Below, piece by piece: positions 1-12,466 of a stretch of 64,000 bases of DNA. A program made the position numbers and the translations under genes. Numbering within the stretch: position 1 is the stretch's first letter; each line of letters starts with the position of its first letter. Under the pieces are notes generated by a model. It was given only the letters and a program-made list of their open reading frames with translations. It was not told the DNA's origin and did not search any database. The DNA comes from Vicugna vicugna. Lineage: Eukaryota. The stretch lies in contig MU058451.1 of the NCBI GenBank assembly GCA_013265495.1, forward strand, positions 2,971,305 to 3,035,304, written 5' to 3'.

Positions 1-859
1 AAGGTAACCTAAAATTGTTTTTAAAGATATGATACGCCCACTAACATTAAAGAAATACAGACAGAATATAAACTATAATGATATTGACTTTCAAAAGAGA
101 AAGAGAACCCTTTTGTCCAGGAGAATTTAAGAATCTCAAATTCCGTACCCTCCACAATTCCTTGGCAGAGATTGAGCTTCTTCCTAAAACTGGTGGTAAT
201 AAGTTTAGTTGGGATCCACCATGTGCCCTGACTCATGGTTGACTTTGAGCTTTGATCACTAATAAGTGAAGTGTGAATCAAGTCAAGCAATCTTGTGAGG
301 ACCTGTTCTACTGAATATTATTTGAACCAAAGGAAAATGACCCCCTCCCCCCCAAAAAAAAAGGCTGGACAAGAAAAACTTTCAAAAGGAAATAGACAGC
401 TGACTGTTGAGCAAACTTAGATTTTTTTTAAAAAACAGTAAGCTCTTATGTTATGCCTTATTACAGATTTTGGTGATGTCAAATATAAAGGAGGAGCCAA
501 TGTTATCACAGTCAGTAAAAGTGACTTCCTGGAGATTCCACATCTGGGAGCACTCACAGGTACCACTGGACCAGCTCAGGCCTCTGAAGAACGGAATTAA
601 CAGTTCGCCTTAACCAGAAGCTCTTCTTCCCTGGCTGTGCTGTAAGTCCTGACACTTTAATGATGCTGACTTAATCAGGGGAAAGGGTACCTGTAACACA
701 TCCTCTGGCATTTTCTGTACTTCCTTGACTGTTGGCCGGATTACAGGATGATGAATTGCGAGAGCTATGTTTCCTGCCGGAGAACTGTGGCTTAAAAAGG
801 TCCGGCCAAACAGAATTAGAAGCACTGGCAGTGTTCATACCCAAAGTAGTGAGGATTTA

Positions 860-1160
860 ATTCACTCATTCATCAAATATTTACTAGAGCTCTTAAGAAA
901 GTGTCCTGATCTAAACGAGCTGCTGGGAACACAAAAGTGAGCACAGCTGCCATCAGGGCCTGGCGCTCCAAACAGGTTGAAGATGTTAAACAAATATACT
1001 GCAAGACAACGACAATGTAGACTAATGGGGGCGTCTGCGCTGAGGGGGTGGCAGTGGGGCGGGAGGCGGTGAGGTCAGGGAAGCCCTCTGTGAAGAAGAG
1101 ACGTTATGCCTAAACCAGAGGGGGCAGCTGCCTGCGGGGGAGGGAAGAACAAAGACTTTC
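860..1160. mobile_element. L2 LINE 3' fragment
   Basis: ttcactcattcatcaaatatttact is the typical L2 terminus motif, followed by degenerate L2-like sequence. Confidence 0.55.
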
Positions 1161-3395
1161 CCGAAGGAAAGCTGTCCTGGCTGAGTCATGCTGGGCACGG
1201 AGGAAAGAGGGAGTGTGGTATGAAACTGTAATATATCCTTTTGAAAGAAAAGTCTGGGAAATAGATTTTTCCTGTACGATTTTTTAAAAAATGATGTCAC
1301 TTTCAATATGTAAGTCCCAAACTGGCAAACATGGCCTCCACTCTCTAGTTGTGCAAACGGACATAGCAAGCTCACCAGATCCCTTGACCCTGAGGTCCTC
1401 CCCAGGCTACCGGGCTGCTCCCCCCAGCCCCGCCCCCCGGTCTGGCTATCCCTGTGACAAGTGCAGCAGAGCGAGGCTGGGTCGGGGACAGCATGGGGCT
1501 CCCTCCTGACACGCCCTGTCCAGGGGCTGCTGTGACCACCTGAGGCAGCACTGAGGGCTGGGGAGAGGCTGGGAGCCAGCAGCCCCACACCACTGGCTGG
1601 CCCGTCCCATCCCATCACTGACCTTTCACAGTGGTACCAGGAGCCCGCCCAGCCAAGCACCCTCCTGGCTTCAACGAGGCTGGCCACAGAGTCAGCCAGC
1701 GGTGATCGCCACCCACCTCCACACCATCTTCCCTTCCCAGCTTGCTTTCTTCTAATCTGTCTGATACAACGAAGCCGGCATAAGCAAATGCCCCAGGTGC
1801 TCACGACTGCTTTCGGCCACAGCTCTCCCGTCCTTTTCCCCAGACCTCTTCCATCCTTTAGCGTGATAACTATCTCCTCTGAGGCCCAGATTCTACAAAG
1901 CTCTTCCTTTGCCTGCACTCCTACCTGAATTGTCCATTTGTGTCTACGGAAGTATGGTTCTCTGAGGGCCACTTATTTTCTGTATCAACCAAATGCCTCA
2001 CCTTAAAATTCTTCCTTAAAATAGTTTTCTCAAGGAACAGTTAAACATCTCCCTCAAGGAATTATGGGAGACAAGAGTTAATGGAGTAAAAAGTGACCAA
2101 ATGAGAAAAGCCCCTAAAACAACAGGGACAGCGGGGTGACCCTGGGCAGAGCCTAAGCCTCTGCTTCTGAAAATGAGGATCTTGAAATGTTCAGAGCTGC
2201 CCCCTTTTCTCTTGAACATTTCTTAAAATACAAGGTTGAGACACTCTCTCAGTTCCATGGGATGATTTTCACCCTCAGGACCAAGACAAGAGGGGAACTG
2301 TATGTTTTGTTAAATCTTATAAACATGGCACTTCTGGAATTAGGACAGACACCTAAAGAAAAGCTTTATGGGTCGGCAAATTATTAACATCCCTAAAAGT
2401 TTTAACTCATTATGTACTGACTGGCTAGTAAACTGGCAATATCTACCGAGTCTGCTGTGTTAGTTCTACCATCTACTTCCTGTTATAACATCCTCATTTT
2501 CCTTGATCTGTAAGAATTAAGCAGGGCCCCATAATAAGCCTTCAGAAATAAGCCTCCTGTGTTTACTGGTAAGATACACCACACTCCATGTTCAAAGAAG
2601 CAAAGGAAAAATCCACAGATCTAACATGCTTTCCTGAATCCTTGGGCTGAGGATGGTTGGTTCCCTGTTACCTGATTTTCCTGAGGCACCATTATTGAAG
2701 AATACAGTATTTTCCCTCAAAGCTAACTTGAGGCTTTGCTTCAAGATAAAGTAAAAGCAGACCCATTCCCCTGGGACTTCAGAAACAAAAATCTCTGTAG
2801 CATCACAAATAATAGTGATAGAACAATAATGCACATTACCAGGAAAGTGAACTGAAATGGTCAATAACTATTAACTCCCTTTGTTGCTAAGGGTGACCTG
2901 GTGATTTCAACAGTGGCCACTGCCAGGAGTCTTACTTTTTAGTTCTTATTCTGCCATTACAGGGGCAGGAGGTGGGGAAGAGTGTCATTTTATGTTCTCG
3001 AACTTCTGATACTTTTAAAAACCAAAACATTAATAACAACCACTAGAGGGGCCAGGGAGGACGGAGCAGATACTCAGGCATTATAAGAGCCATGCTTTAT
3101 GACACTGATAGAGCCAGAAGCTCCCCACACCCTCAGACACCAATCTCCAAAACCTTACTAGCATCTTTTTTTTCTCTTTATTTTTTAAAAGTTTTTAAAA
3201 GCATGTTGAACTTTAAACTCAGAGCTGTTATAAGTCCGTCCTTCAGCTACTGTCTACAGAAACTAGTTGCAAAACTCTATCTGAAGAAGTCACTGAAGCA
3301 GGGAAATCTGGAAAGAGACCAACGAAGTGAAAGTAAAATATATAAGGAGAATTGAGAACTGAAACACTTTTTTGCCTCCTGTGTCATCTAAACAG

Positions 3396-3686
3396 TATTT
3401 TTTTTTATTGTGCTATGAACACAATGTGAGATCTACCCTGTTAAGTGCACAGTACAGCCCTGGTAACTACATGCACAATGTCAGTGAGCAGATCTCTACT
3501 ACTCACTCATCTTGCTTAACAGAAACTTTATACCTGTTGAACAGCAACTTCAAATTTCTCGCTCCCTCCGGCCCCTGGCAAACACCATGTTACTTTCTGT
3601 TTCTAGGAGTTTGATAGATATAAATACCTCCTATACGTGGAATCCTGCAGTATTTGCCCTATGGCTGGCTTCTTTCATTTAGCATA
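3396..3686 (-). mobile_element. Old L1 (L1M-type) 3' end fragment
   Basis: T-tract followed by L1 3'UTR-like sequence ending ...ggaatcctgcagtatttg...ggctggcttctttcatttagcata. Confidence 0.75.
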
Positions 3687-4516
3687 ACGAACTGAGCAGT
3701 TTTCAAATAGCTAAGCAAAATCTTTATGAGGTAGCTAACAAGCTAAAAATAACAAGCCTCTAAGTTAAATATTTGTTGATTATAAACTCTTATAACAGAG
3801 TAGTGCCAAACTACCTAACACTACCCCAAAAGGCTTTCGACAGAGAGAAGGTGGCTAGGACTGGGAGAAGAGCTTTACGATGCTAGTATAATCAGAGATC
3901 TTGGCATCACAAGCACTTCCCTTTCATTATGGAGTTCGTCCAATTCAAAGTAATCATAAAAGTCAATAATTAAAGCAAGCGGAAGAAGGTCATTTGCTAG
4001 AATGTCCCACACATAGGCTTATTTTCCATCTGCCAAGAATGAATTACCTCTAGTATATCACCAGGTGAAAATAAAGCGGAAGTATCCAGGAGTGCATTTC
4101 AAGTTAGAGGCTAGGGGCCTAAGGAAAAGTAACTCATTAGCTCTAAAAGTTCGCTGAGGGCCAGGACGCTGGCAAGACTGGACGTGCCACGGATCCTATC
4201 TACAAGTAGAGTGAAAAGTAAGCAGTTACAACTCTCGGTGATCAGAGAACATCATGACCTAAAATAAAAGGTGCTTAGCAGAGAAGAGAGGGGAGACCCT
4301 TCTTGAAAGTTTGTGCCAATTAACAAAAACATTAACTTTAAAACAGGGTCAGTTTGGGATAGGGATGGAAATCCTGAAGACTTCCGTGTCCAAAAATAAT
4401 GTGAAAACCAAGACTGCTTCCATTTTCCAATTAGTGTTTCAGACACTCAGAAGTAAACAGCAGGCAGAAAATAGGGGCAGTTTTTAAAAAAGAAATTTCA
4501 GAAATCTGTAAAAGTA

Positions 4517-4598
4517 TTAAGTTGAACCACATGAAATCGCCATTTTTTTGTACCTCAAAAAAGTTCAAAGAGCAGAAATTTCACATGGTTCTACCAAA
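4517..4598. mobile_element. MADE2-like mariner MITE (~80 bp)
   Basis: Terminal inverted repeats ttaagttgaaccacatgaaat / atttcacatggttctaccaaa preceded by TA. Resembles the recalled MADE2 consensus. Confidence 0.75.
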
Positions 4599-5844
4599 GA
4601 CAAGGAAGGGCTCAGTAATTCAATGCTAAGGATAAAAACCTGAAGACATGCTAATCTTTGTGGTTTGAAAAGTATTTTGAAATATTCAAAAATATTTCAA
4701 TGGGACAACATTACTGAAACAGGAAAAGGATTTTTAATATTCTATGCTAAACGTATGCCTCAAATCACACAAAACTGGGGCCAGTGAGTACCTGCTTAAA
4801 TAAAATAATATATATTTCATATTAAAAATTGAAAAAATAAATAAAGCCTAAGAATAAAATCTTCCATGTACAACCATCCCTTTTTCTTTTTTGTCTCTCA
4901 TATGACAACTACCCCTAGTAAAATTCTATTCCCAGCAGATTTCACCGGTCCCCTGGCTTGATGCTGGAACCCAGCTACAGTGGTAAAACTTCAGGCCTGT
5001 AGTCCTCTGGGCCCACATACACCCCACTTCTCAATCTATTATTCACTGCTTTCTTGTACTCACTCCAGCCCTTCTCTACCACTCTTTCAACCTTGGCACC
5101 CTGACAGTCCCATCTGTCCATGGTAGGTTCTCCCCACCCCTTTCCTTTTAATACACCAGTCATCTAATCTTTCCTGCACACAATGTAGTGGGGAGGGTTC
5201 TCCTGAGCCTGGGTCCCTCTGCCTTTCCCATGTAGATGAGCTCCATTGTTTAAAGAATGCATGTTAGATTTTGTCATGTACCTTACCACTTCTGCCATAT
5301 CTAGATCTTGACTTAAAACCAACTTTACCTATAAGGCATCACCAAACAGACTGTGAATTTTATAAATTAGGATAATTTTCTAGCAGGGGTTTGTGAATAT
5401 CTCTAACTTCAGCATTAGAATAGAGAGTCTCATCCACACTAGGTAGGTTTCCCTGTGGATAGGCTATTTTTCTTTCCCGCACACAAAGCACCATGCTTTC
5501 TGGGGCAGTTTTTCAGAGGTACTTTTAAAAAGAAGGTAACTTTCTGGACTCGGCAAAATGTACACAGGGTCTGGGTGAACAACATCACACGTTTCATATT
5601 AGGGAAGTAATTTATAAGAGGACTGGGACCTCAATGTGCCTTCAACATTTTTTGATGATGGACAGTTTCAGAAGACTACAGGTGTATTTCTGACTCATTC
5701 TAGTGGGCTTAAGCGTTTTCCACCTTCGATTCCGTAAGTTGTAAAACCTATTTGGGTGACGTCACCAAAGGACTGATAAACATCCGATATTCCACCGTTC
5801 CGACGGACCCGGGCAGAACCACCACCCAGGCTGTATTTACATAC

Positions 5845-6604
5845 CTCGAATTGGCTATTTCCACTTTGGTTCTGGCCATGGCGGCTGCCCTTTGCGCGCC
5901 TTCAATCGCTCTGTCCACCTTCTCCCTAGTTTTTGTATTTCTTATTGGTATAAGCTGCTTCCTTATTCCACGGACCAGAATATTATTTTTGTATTTTCCC
6001 TCTTCCTTGGAGCCGTCGGGAAACACGGTGCAGCCGTATCCGTGCCTCTTGTTACTCGCCCACTCGCCTTCGTACTTCATGCCGTTGGAGCGCTCGCTGA
6101 TGCCGAAGCCGGTGCGCTTGTCGCTCTTCCACTCGCCCATGTAGGTCTCCGTGGTGGTGGCGTCCACGTGGTCTTCCACGGGGCAAAAGTCGCAGTCGAC
6201 GTCGCCGAAGCTGATGGTGGAGTTGGCGTCGCTGGAACTAATTCTGCTCATGGCCGCGTCGCTGCGGACCGAGCTGCGCTTGCTGGAGATGGAAGACTTG
6301 GATTCGGACTTGCGCAGCTTCATGCTCCCCAGGAGGGAGCCCCGGCGGAAGAGGCCGCCCTTCTTCTTGCCCGCCAGCTCGGCGTCGGCGTGGAAGTTGA
6401 GCACGAAGCCGCCGCGGGTGCCGGCCGGGCTGTCGGCGGCGGCCGCGGCGTCGTGGAGCACGCTGCCGTTGCTCTGCTCGCTGCGCAGCGAGGCCAGCGA
6501 CGTGCGCAGCGGCGAGCGGATCACCGTGGCCATGCCGTAGGGCACGCTCTGGCGCACGCCGTAGCCGTGCCGCATGCCGCCGGCCCACTGCCCCTGGTAG
6601 GTAC
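5845..6604 (-). CDS. JPH1: Junctophilin-1 coding exon 2 (760 nt; MORN repeat, joining region, last two MORN repeats, start of alpha-helical region)
   Basis: Acceptor ...ctctcgaag|GTACC (AG at 6606-6605) with a CTCAC branch-like motif upstream; phase matches exon 1. Translation [16 protein letters not shown]...ETYMGEWK...KVEIANSR. Donor GAG|GTATGT at 5845/5844. Downstream exons lie outside the window. Confidence 0.98.
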
Positions 6605-6700
6605 CTTCGAGAGACCGCAAGAGAGCACAGCGTGAGTCCGGGAACGCAGGGGACGCAGGCCGCGCGGCACCCCAGGGTCCAACCCCGCACATTTCCGAGC
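6000..6700. promoter_or_regulatory. JPH1: Intragenic CpG island over JPH1 exon 2
   Basis: Dense CpGs from ~6010 to ~6700, extending past the splice acceptor into intron 1. The flanks are AT-rich. Confidence 0.75.
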
Positions 6701-9700
6701 CCACTCTAAGGGATGCTTTCCATCCGTTTGTGAATTCCCACCCTGAAATGTCCTGTCTCTGCCTTTTATGGAACTGGATAGGCTTCTCCAATAGTCTGGT
6801 AATTTTCACTTAAAAACTGATACGACTGACTTTCTAGTACAGAGAGAGTGATCATTAGAAAATGACTTCTCTAATGAAATGCACCTATCAAAAACCCCTC
6901 TAAGGGAAGGCAGTGCCACAGGATGAAATGAGTTCTTATTTGTGAATTGCATTTTAATTTTACCAATTCGGCTGAAAAACCAAAGACTAAGTCTGGAACT
7001 ATAACATTCCAAGAAGCTCGAAGACTTAAAAATTATTAGCACTCTGAATACTTGGGACATGGGTTGGCAAACAAATTATCTTCCACTTTCTTTCTACCAC
7101 GTTCACCATCTTCTTTTAAGGCAGGAAAAACTGTTTAATATTTAAGATTATTATTTAGATTTGGGTGAAACTTTTTGAGCTGAGGGATTTGACAAGCTGA
7201 ATATATATTCTGAATATAGTGAACCATTATGAAAAAAAATGGGCAATCTGCTTTAACATTTTGTACTTCAAATGAAAAGGTCAAGATCTGCCCCATATCA
7301 CTTGCTAAATTTCTGCATCCTGGCCATTCTCTTCATGGTTTCCATAGCTTCTGCCACTGCACTGGGAATTAAGAACTAAAAGCACCCTGAAGGCAGGCAC
7401 AACCTCACAAGAGAACACATTTCCAGACTCCTGTCTGTGTGTCCTGTGGTCTGTAGGTGTTTGATGACTTTATAGTAAACAGCTGTGGTGGCTAAAAAGC
7501 ATCCCTTATTTACTTTCAGGAAAACTGAGATAGAGCCAAAGGAAAACTTCCACTCTAAACATTATGGAATTCATTTCAGAGCAAAGGTGTGTTTGACAGT
7601 ATCCATTAAAACTTTGTTGACACCTGATCACTTTTTCAGCGAATATTATGCCTTCAGGGATAGGATAATCTCTAATCATCTCTAATCTAAAGCATTTGTT
7701 TTCAGTAAGCTTTTCTACTCAATAAATTAGCAAAATGTTTAAGAAAAAAAACCTGGAGCAGCTTTCTAAATAATCTTAGGAGGAACTGAAGGTTAAGATT
7801 AGTGAATTTAGATTTTCTTTTTAAATCAAATCCACTTCCTTTTGATGAAAGGCAAAATTTTAAATTAAAATATCCCCCTAAAGAAGCTATGTGGAAATTT
7901 TAAGATGTAATTACTTCTCTATTATTCTTAACTCACAATATCATAGAAAATAAATCATGATTACAATCTGTCTTGACTTCTTTCAGTTTCTGATTATACA
8001 GAGCTACCCTGCAGTCACTTTTCATTTTATATTACCACGAAAAGATTTCCATTGCATGGCATACATTAATTTTTTAAAATACTGAGCAATTTTGCTCATG
8101 GTTTTCTATCACTGAATTAACGACTGATTATTTCATTCACTTAAAAGTTAAAAACCATAATGGGTCCAAAATCAAAAGTTTAGACTAATTTCAAGACTAC
8201 CATCTCTTTCTATTCATCCTGATATATTTATGGTATATAAATAGACAGTAGCAGGGAACCAACAAAATACTAAGTAGGTCTGGTATTGTGAATGTCAGAT
8301 TCTGGGTAGCTTTTAACATCTTAACCTGACATTTATGAACTTCTGAGGAAGTGGGTGGGTCATGGCTTTCTGAAAAGGATAAACCCAAAAGGATAAGATA
8401 GTCAAATAAAACATTTCAGACCAAGAAGCATTCTGCTGAATATTAGCCATCTCCAAAAACCACCATTTTAACAGGGAAGGAAACTGAATTATTAGGAAAT
8501 TGCAACTGACTTTCCCTTTGCCTGGACAGATAAAAATATAAGTTCTCAAAGTTATACAAACCGACTAATGTGCACTAAAACAAACCACCTTATTTTTAAA
8601 TATTTTGTTTGTTGATAGAAACAAGGAATGCTGTAATCGTATCCTTCTAACGTTTCTACATAATGACAAATTAATTTTGCTAGAACAATTCCCAGGCATA
8701 CTGTTTGATATCAGTAAGTACACGTTTAAAACGCAACCATCCTGTCTTAGGAACTGTTTAACACTGAGGGGAAATCAACAGCTAGTTTCCTTAAACTGCT
8801 ATCTCCAAAAGTAAGACGAGTATTTAGAATTTCCAAAGACGTGTTGCTTGAAAATCTAAGTGGTTTAAGGCAACAGCAATAATTAGAAAGTTTAAGTTGT
8901 TTAACTGTCGAGTAACGAAAGCAGAACAATGGCATTGGCTAAATTCCCATTCTATTTTGTTAAGGAACAGTCTATAGAAGAATTCCTCCAGAGAATTGCT
9001 AGAAACCAATTTACAAAGTGTTAGTAGTTCATCTGAAATTTAAAATAAGTTTAGTGTAGTCAATGAACCTAGAAAAAAGGGCCTCTATTTCTTTATGAAG
9101 CAGGTGGGTTCCACCTTCTCCCTGCTGCTCAAATAAAGTTCTCATTAGTTCCTCTCAATGCCTGAAATATGGATGCCTAGTTCACAAGTTTAAACATTAT
9201 ATTTACAGGTCTTAAGTTATGTGCCGTGATTTTTCATTTGGGAGCTGATTTTCTAGATATAGCCATTTTCACTACACAATCTTGTAGCGGAAGGCATCCA
9301 GTTCAGAAAGAATTCTAGTCAAATTTAGACTTCATTATGTCAAACGTATCTACATGCTATGAATGCAGGTCTTCAGATAGTTAACAAAACAATGTGTCTT
9401 CCTAGATATTTTCAATAGTTTCATGACAGGTGAAAAAAGGGACTACAGCACCCATCAGAATTTGCACAAAATCTGGGTTTCCTGAGTTCAGTACTAATGT
9501 ATTCTTAATATTCGGGGGTTTCTATTTCAGCAACACTTCATGTACAAATTCCTAATAAAATAAACCAAGTGATATTTCTCAATGAATATTACAACTTATT
9601 TTCTCCTCTAGTCTCTAATATCACCACGAAATACGTCGAATCAGATGTTCCTTAAGTCCAACAGAAGGTGGATAGGGATGGACATGTGGGGGTGCAGAGG

Positions 9701-11449
9701 CAAAAAGGAAAAATAGGGGAAGTGATATTTCTTATCTTGGCCGAAATCTTTGTATGAAATAAGTTATAGCAATATACTTCCACTGAGATGCCCATTTTAT
9801 GATTAAGGACTTTCTAATTAACTGATTGACATATGAAAGAAAGCAGAAAAGAACAGCAGGAATTCAAAAGTGACTTTTAAGAGTTTTTTTTTCCCTTCCT
9901 AGTTGGTAGCATATTAGGGTTTTTTTGTTTGTTTTGGTAGAAAAAGAAAACCACAGTCCTATGGTGATGCCAAATTTTGAGGTTTTTAAAAAAATTCTTT
10001 TAAAAGTTACTTTTAAAGCATAAGGCAGAATATCCATAAAGTCATCCTGGACACTTAGTGGAGCTTCTACAACACACAGACACCCTTTACTGTGCTATAT
10101 ATATTTTTTGATTGCTAGGTATAATGAATACTCTAAACCAAGAGGTTTTGTTTAATGAGTAGTAAGAAGTGGAAAGAAGACTAATTTATTTTTAGCCTTC
10201 CAAATACTGAAGTCAAAGAACTACCCAATGGCCTGCTTAAAAGTTTATAAAATAATGCACACATTTGAAAAATAAATTTTGATTCCACTTTTGAGTATGG
10301 AATTAATTATACTGTAGACCTGGGGCCTCCATAAAATCCAATCACAGGCTAACATGTTTATAGGGCTGTCATCCAAGGCACTCTATGCCCATTCAGAACA
10401 TTTAAGGGCCCTAATTAACGACTGTGGAACTTGAAACTCCTACAGCCTATATACAAGTATTAAAGTTTTGTTCCCCCTTTTAATCCATGAGAACCATATC
10501 CTTTATTTATACTGTAAGACGAAAAGATGTCTTTTTAGCAAATCCTACCATTCTGCTGTTTTGCATTTGAAACATGGCCCAAGTGTTCTCAGTAAGTGAA
10601 GTGTACAGGCTTTTACATAAGCAATGGCCTGACCAGGGTTGCAGTGGGCTGCCGAAACTTTTAATTGGATCCCTTTAATATCCTCCAACTCTGAGCTGCA
10701 TTAATTCTGAAATGTGACATTGCTTCCTACAACCCTTTTCAATTAACTATGATTATCTTTCTTAACAGAAAATGTATTTTGCCAAAGCATTAGCCATTCA
10801 TCCTTCTCACTTTATTACACAAGGAAATTCATCACGTTTTGACACCTGTTTCAGTAATATATACTTCTCCCGATTGAAGAAGGGGAACTCTGCCCTATCA
10901 TATACACAATTTCTTTTGCAAATATTGTTAAATATTAAAATAAGGTGAATTTTGCTCGCAGACAGCACAATGTTTAGGTCATACACCTTACAGCAAACCA
11001 GTGAATCCGTAGCGCCATTCTCAGGAGTAAAGTAGCTGTTAACTTAGCAACTATAGGAATATAGCTTTCAATTGTATTTTTTAAAACGCAAACTTCATTG
11101 TTCACTTCTAAAATGTTTCCTAATAATTAGTCCAAAGACTTCCAGATCAACCATGGCTACCTTCTTTGGATAGAAAACCAATACATTAAGAAATCTAATG
11201 AAAAATAGTAAGAAACCCCCACATTCTCTGAACCCCACCTGCATCAGGTGGCCTCTCCACGCCTCTAACTAGGATGTTTCCAAAAAGCACCTCAAGTAAG
11301 TAACAATTCTCCAACATCCTAGTTATAGGGTTCTGGCTTCTATCTTTAGGCTACTAGAGGACCAGAGGCGAAATACGACTCCACGTGAAACCAATCCGGG
11401 AGCGGTAGGTAGCGACCGCCAGCCTCACAAGCCCAGGGCGCTCGCTCTA

Positions 11450-12322
<873 letters not shown>

Positions 12323-12400
12323 TCACGACAGCGCCCCGGGCAGCTCGCGCCGCCGCTCGGCTCCAGTCCGACGCCGCCCCCGTCCTCCCCTCTTCTTTCT

Positions 12401-12466
12401 CCGCCGCCGCTGCCGCTGCCGCCGCCTTCCTCCTCCTCCTCCTCCTCCTCCTCCGCCGCCGCCGCC
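12401..12466. repeat. Compound triplet repeat (CCG/CTG)n-(TCC)~9-(GCC)4 upstream of the JPH1 ATG
   Basis: ccgccgccgctgccgctgccgccgccttcctcctcctcctcctcctcctcctccgccgccgccgcc read directly. Confidence 0.95.

Noticed and set aside
1022..1972. 316-codon ORF on the JPH1 strand in intron 2
   Set aside because: It has a GTG start, no recognisable domain and Arg/Gly/Ser/Pro/Trp-rich composition typical of GC-rich noise, and it overlaps L2-like fragments. PhyloCSF or Ribo-seq would be needed to rescue it.
3040..3053. CTCF-like CCACTAGAGGGGCC
   Set aside because: It mismatches a core position, and single motifs like this occur by chance; ChIP data would be needed.
5752..6635. Antisense ORFs over JPH1 exon 2 (up to 247 aa)
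   Set aside because: Shadow frames caused by high GC3 in the real exon.
6605..6809. N-terminal extension of the 353-aa ORF containing exon 2
   Set aside because: Intronic read-through upstream of a clear AG acceptor at 6606-6605.
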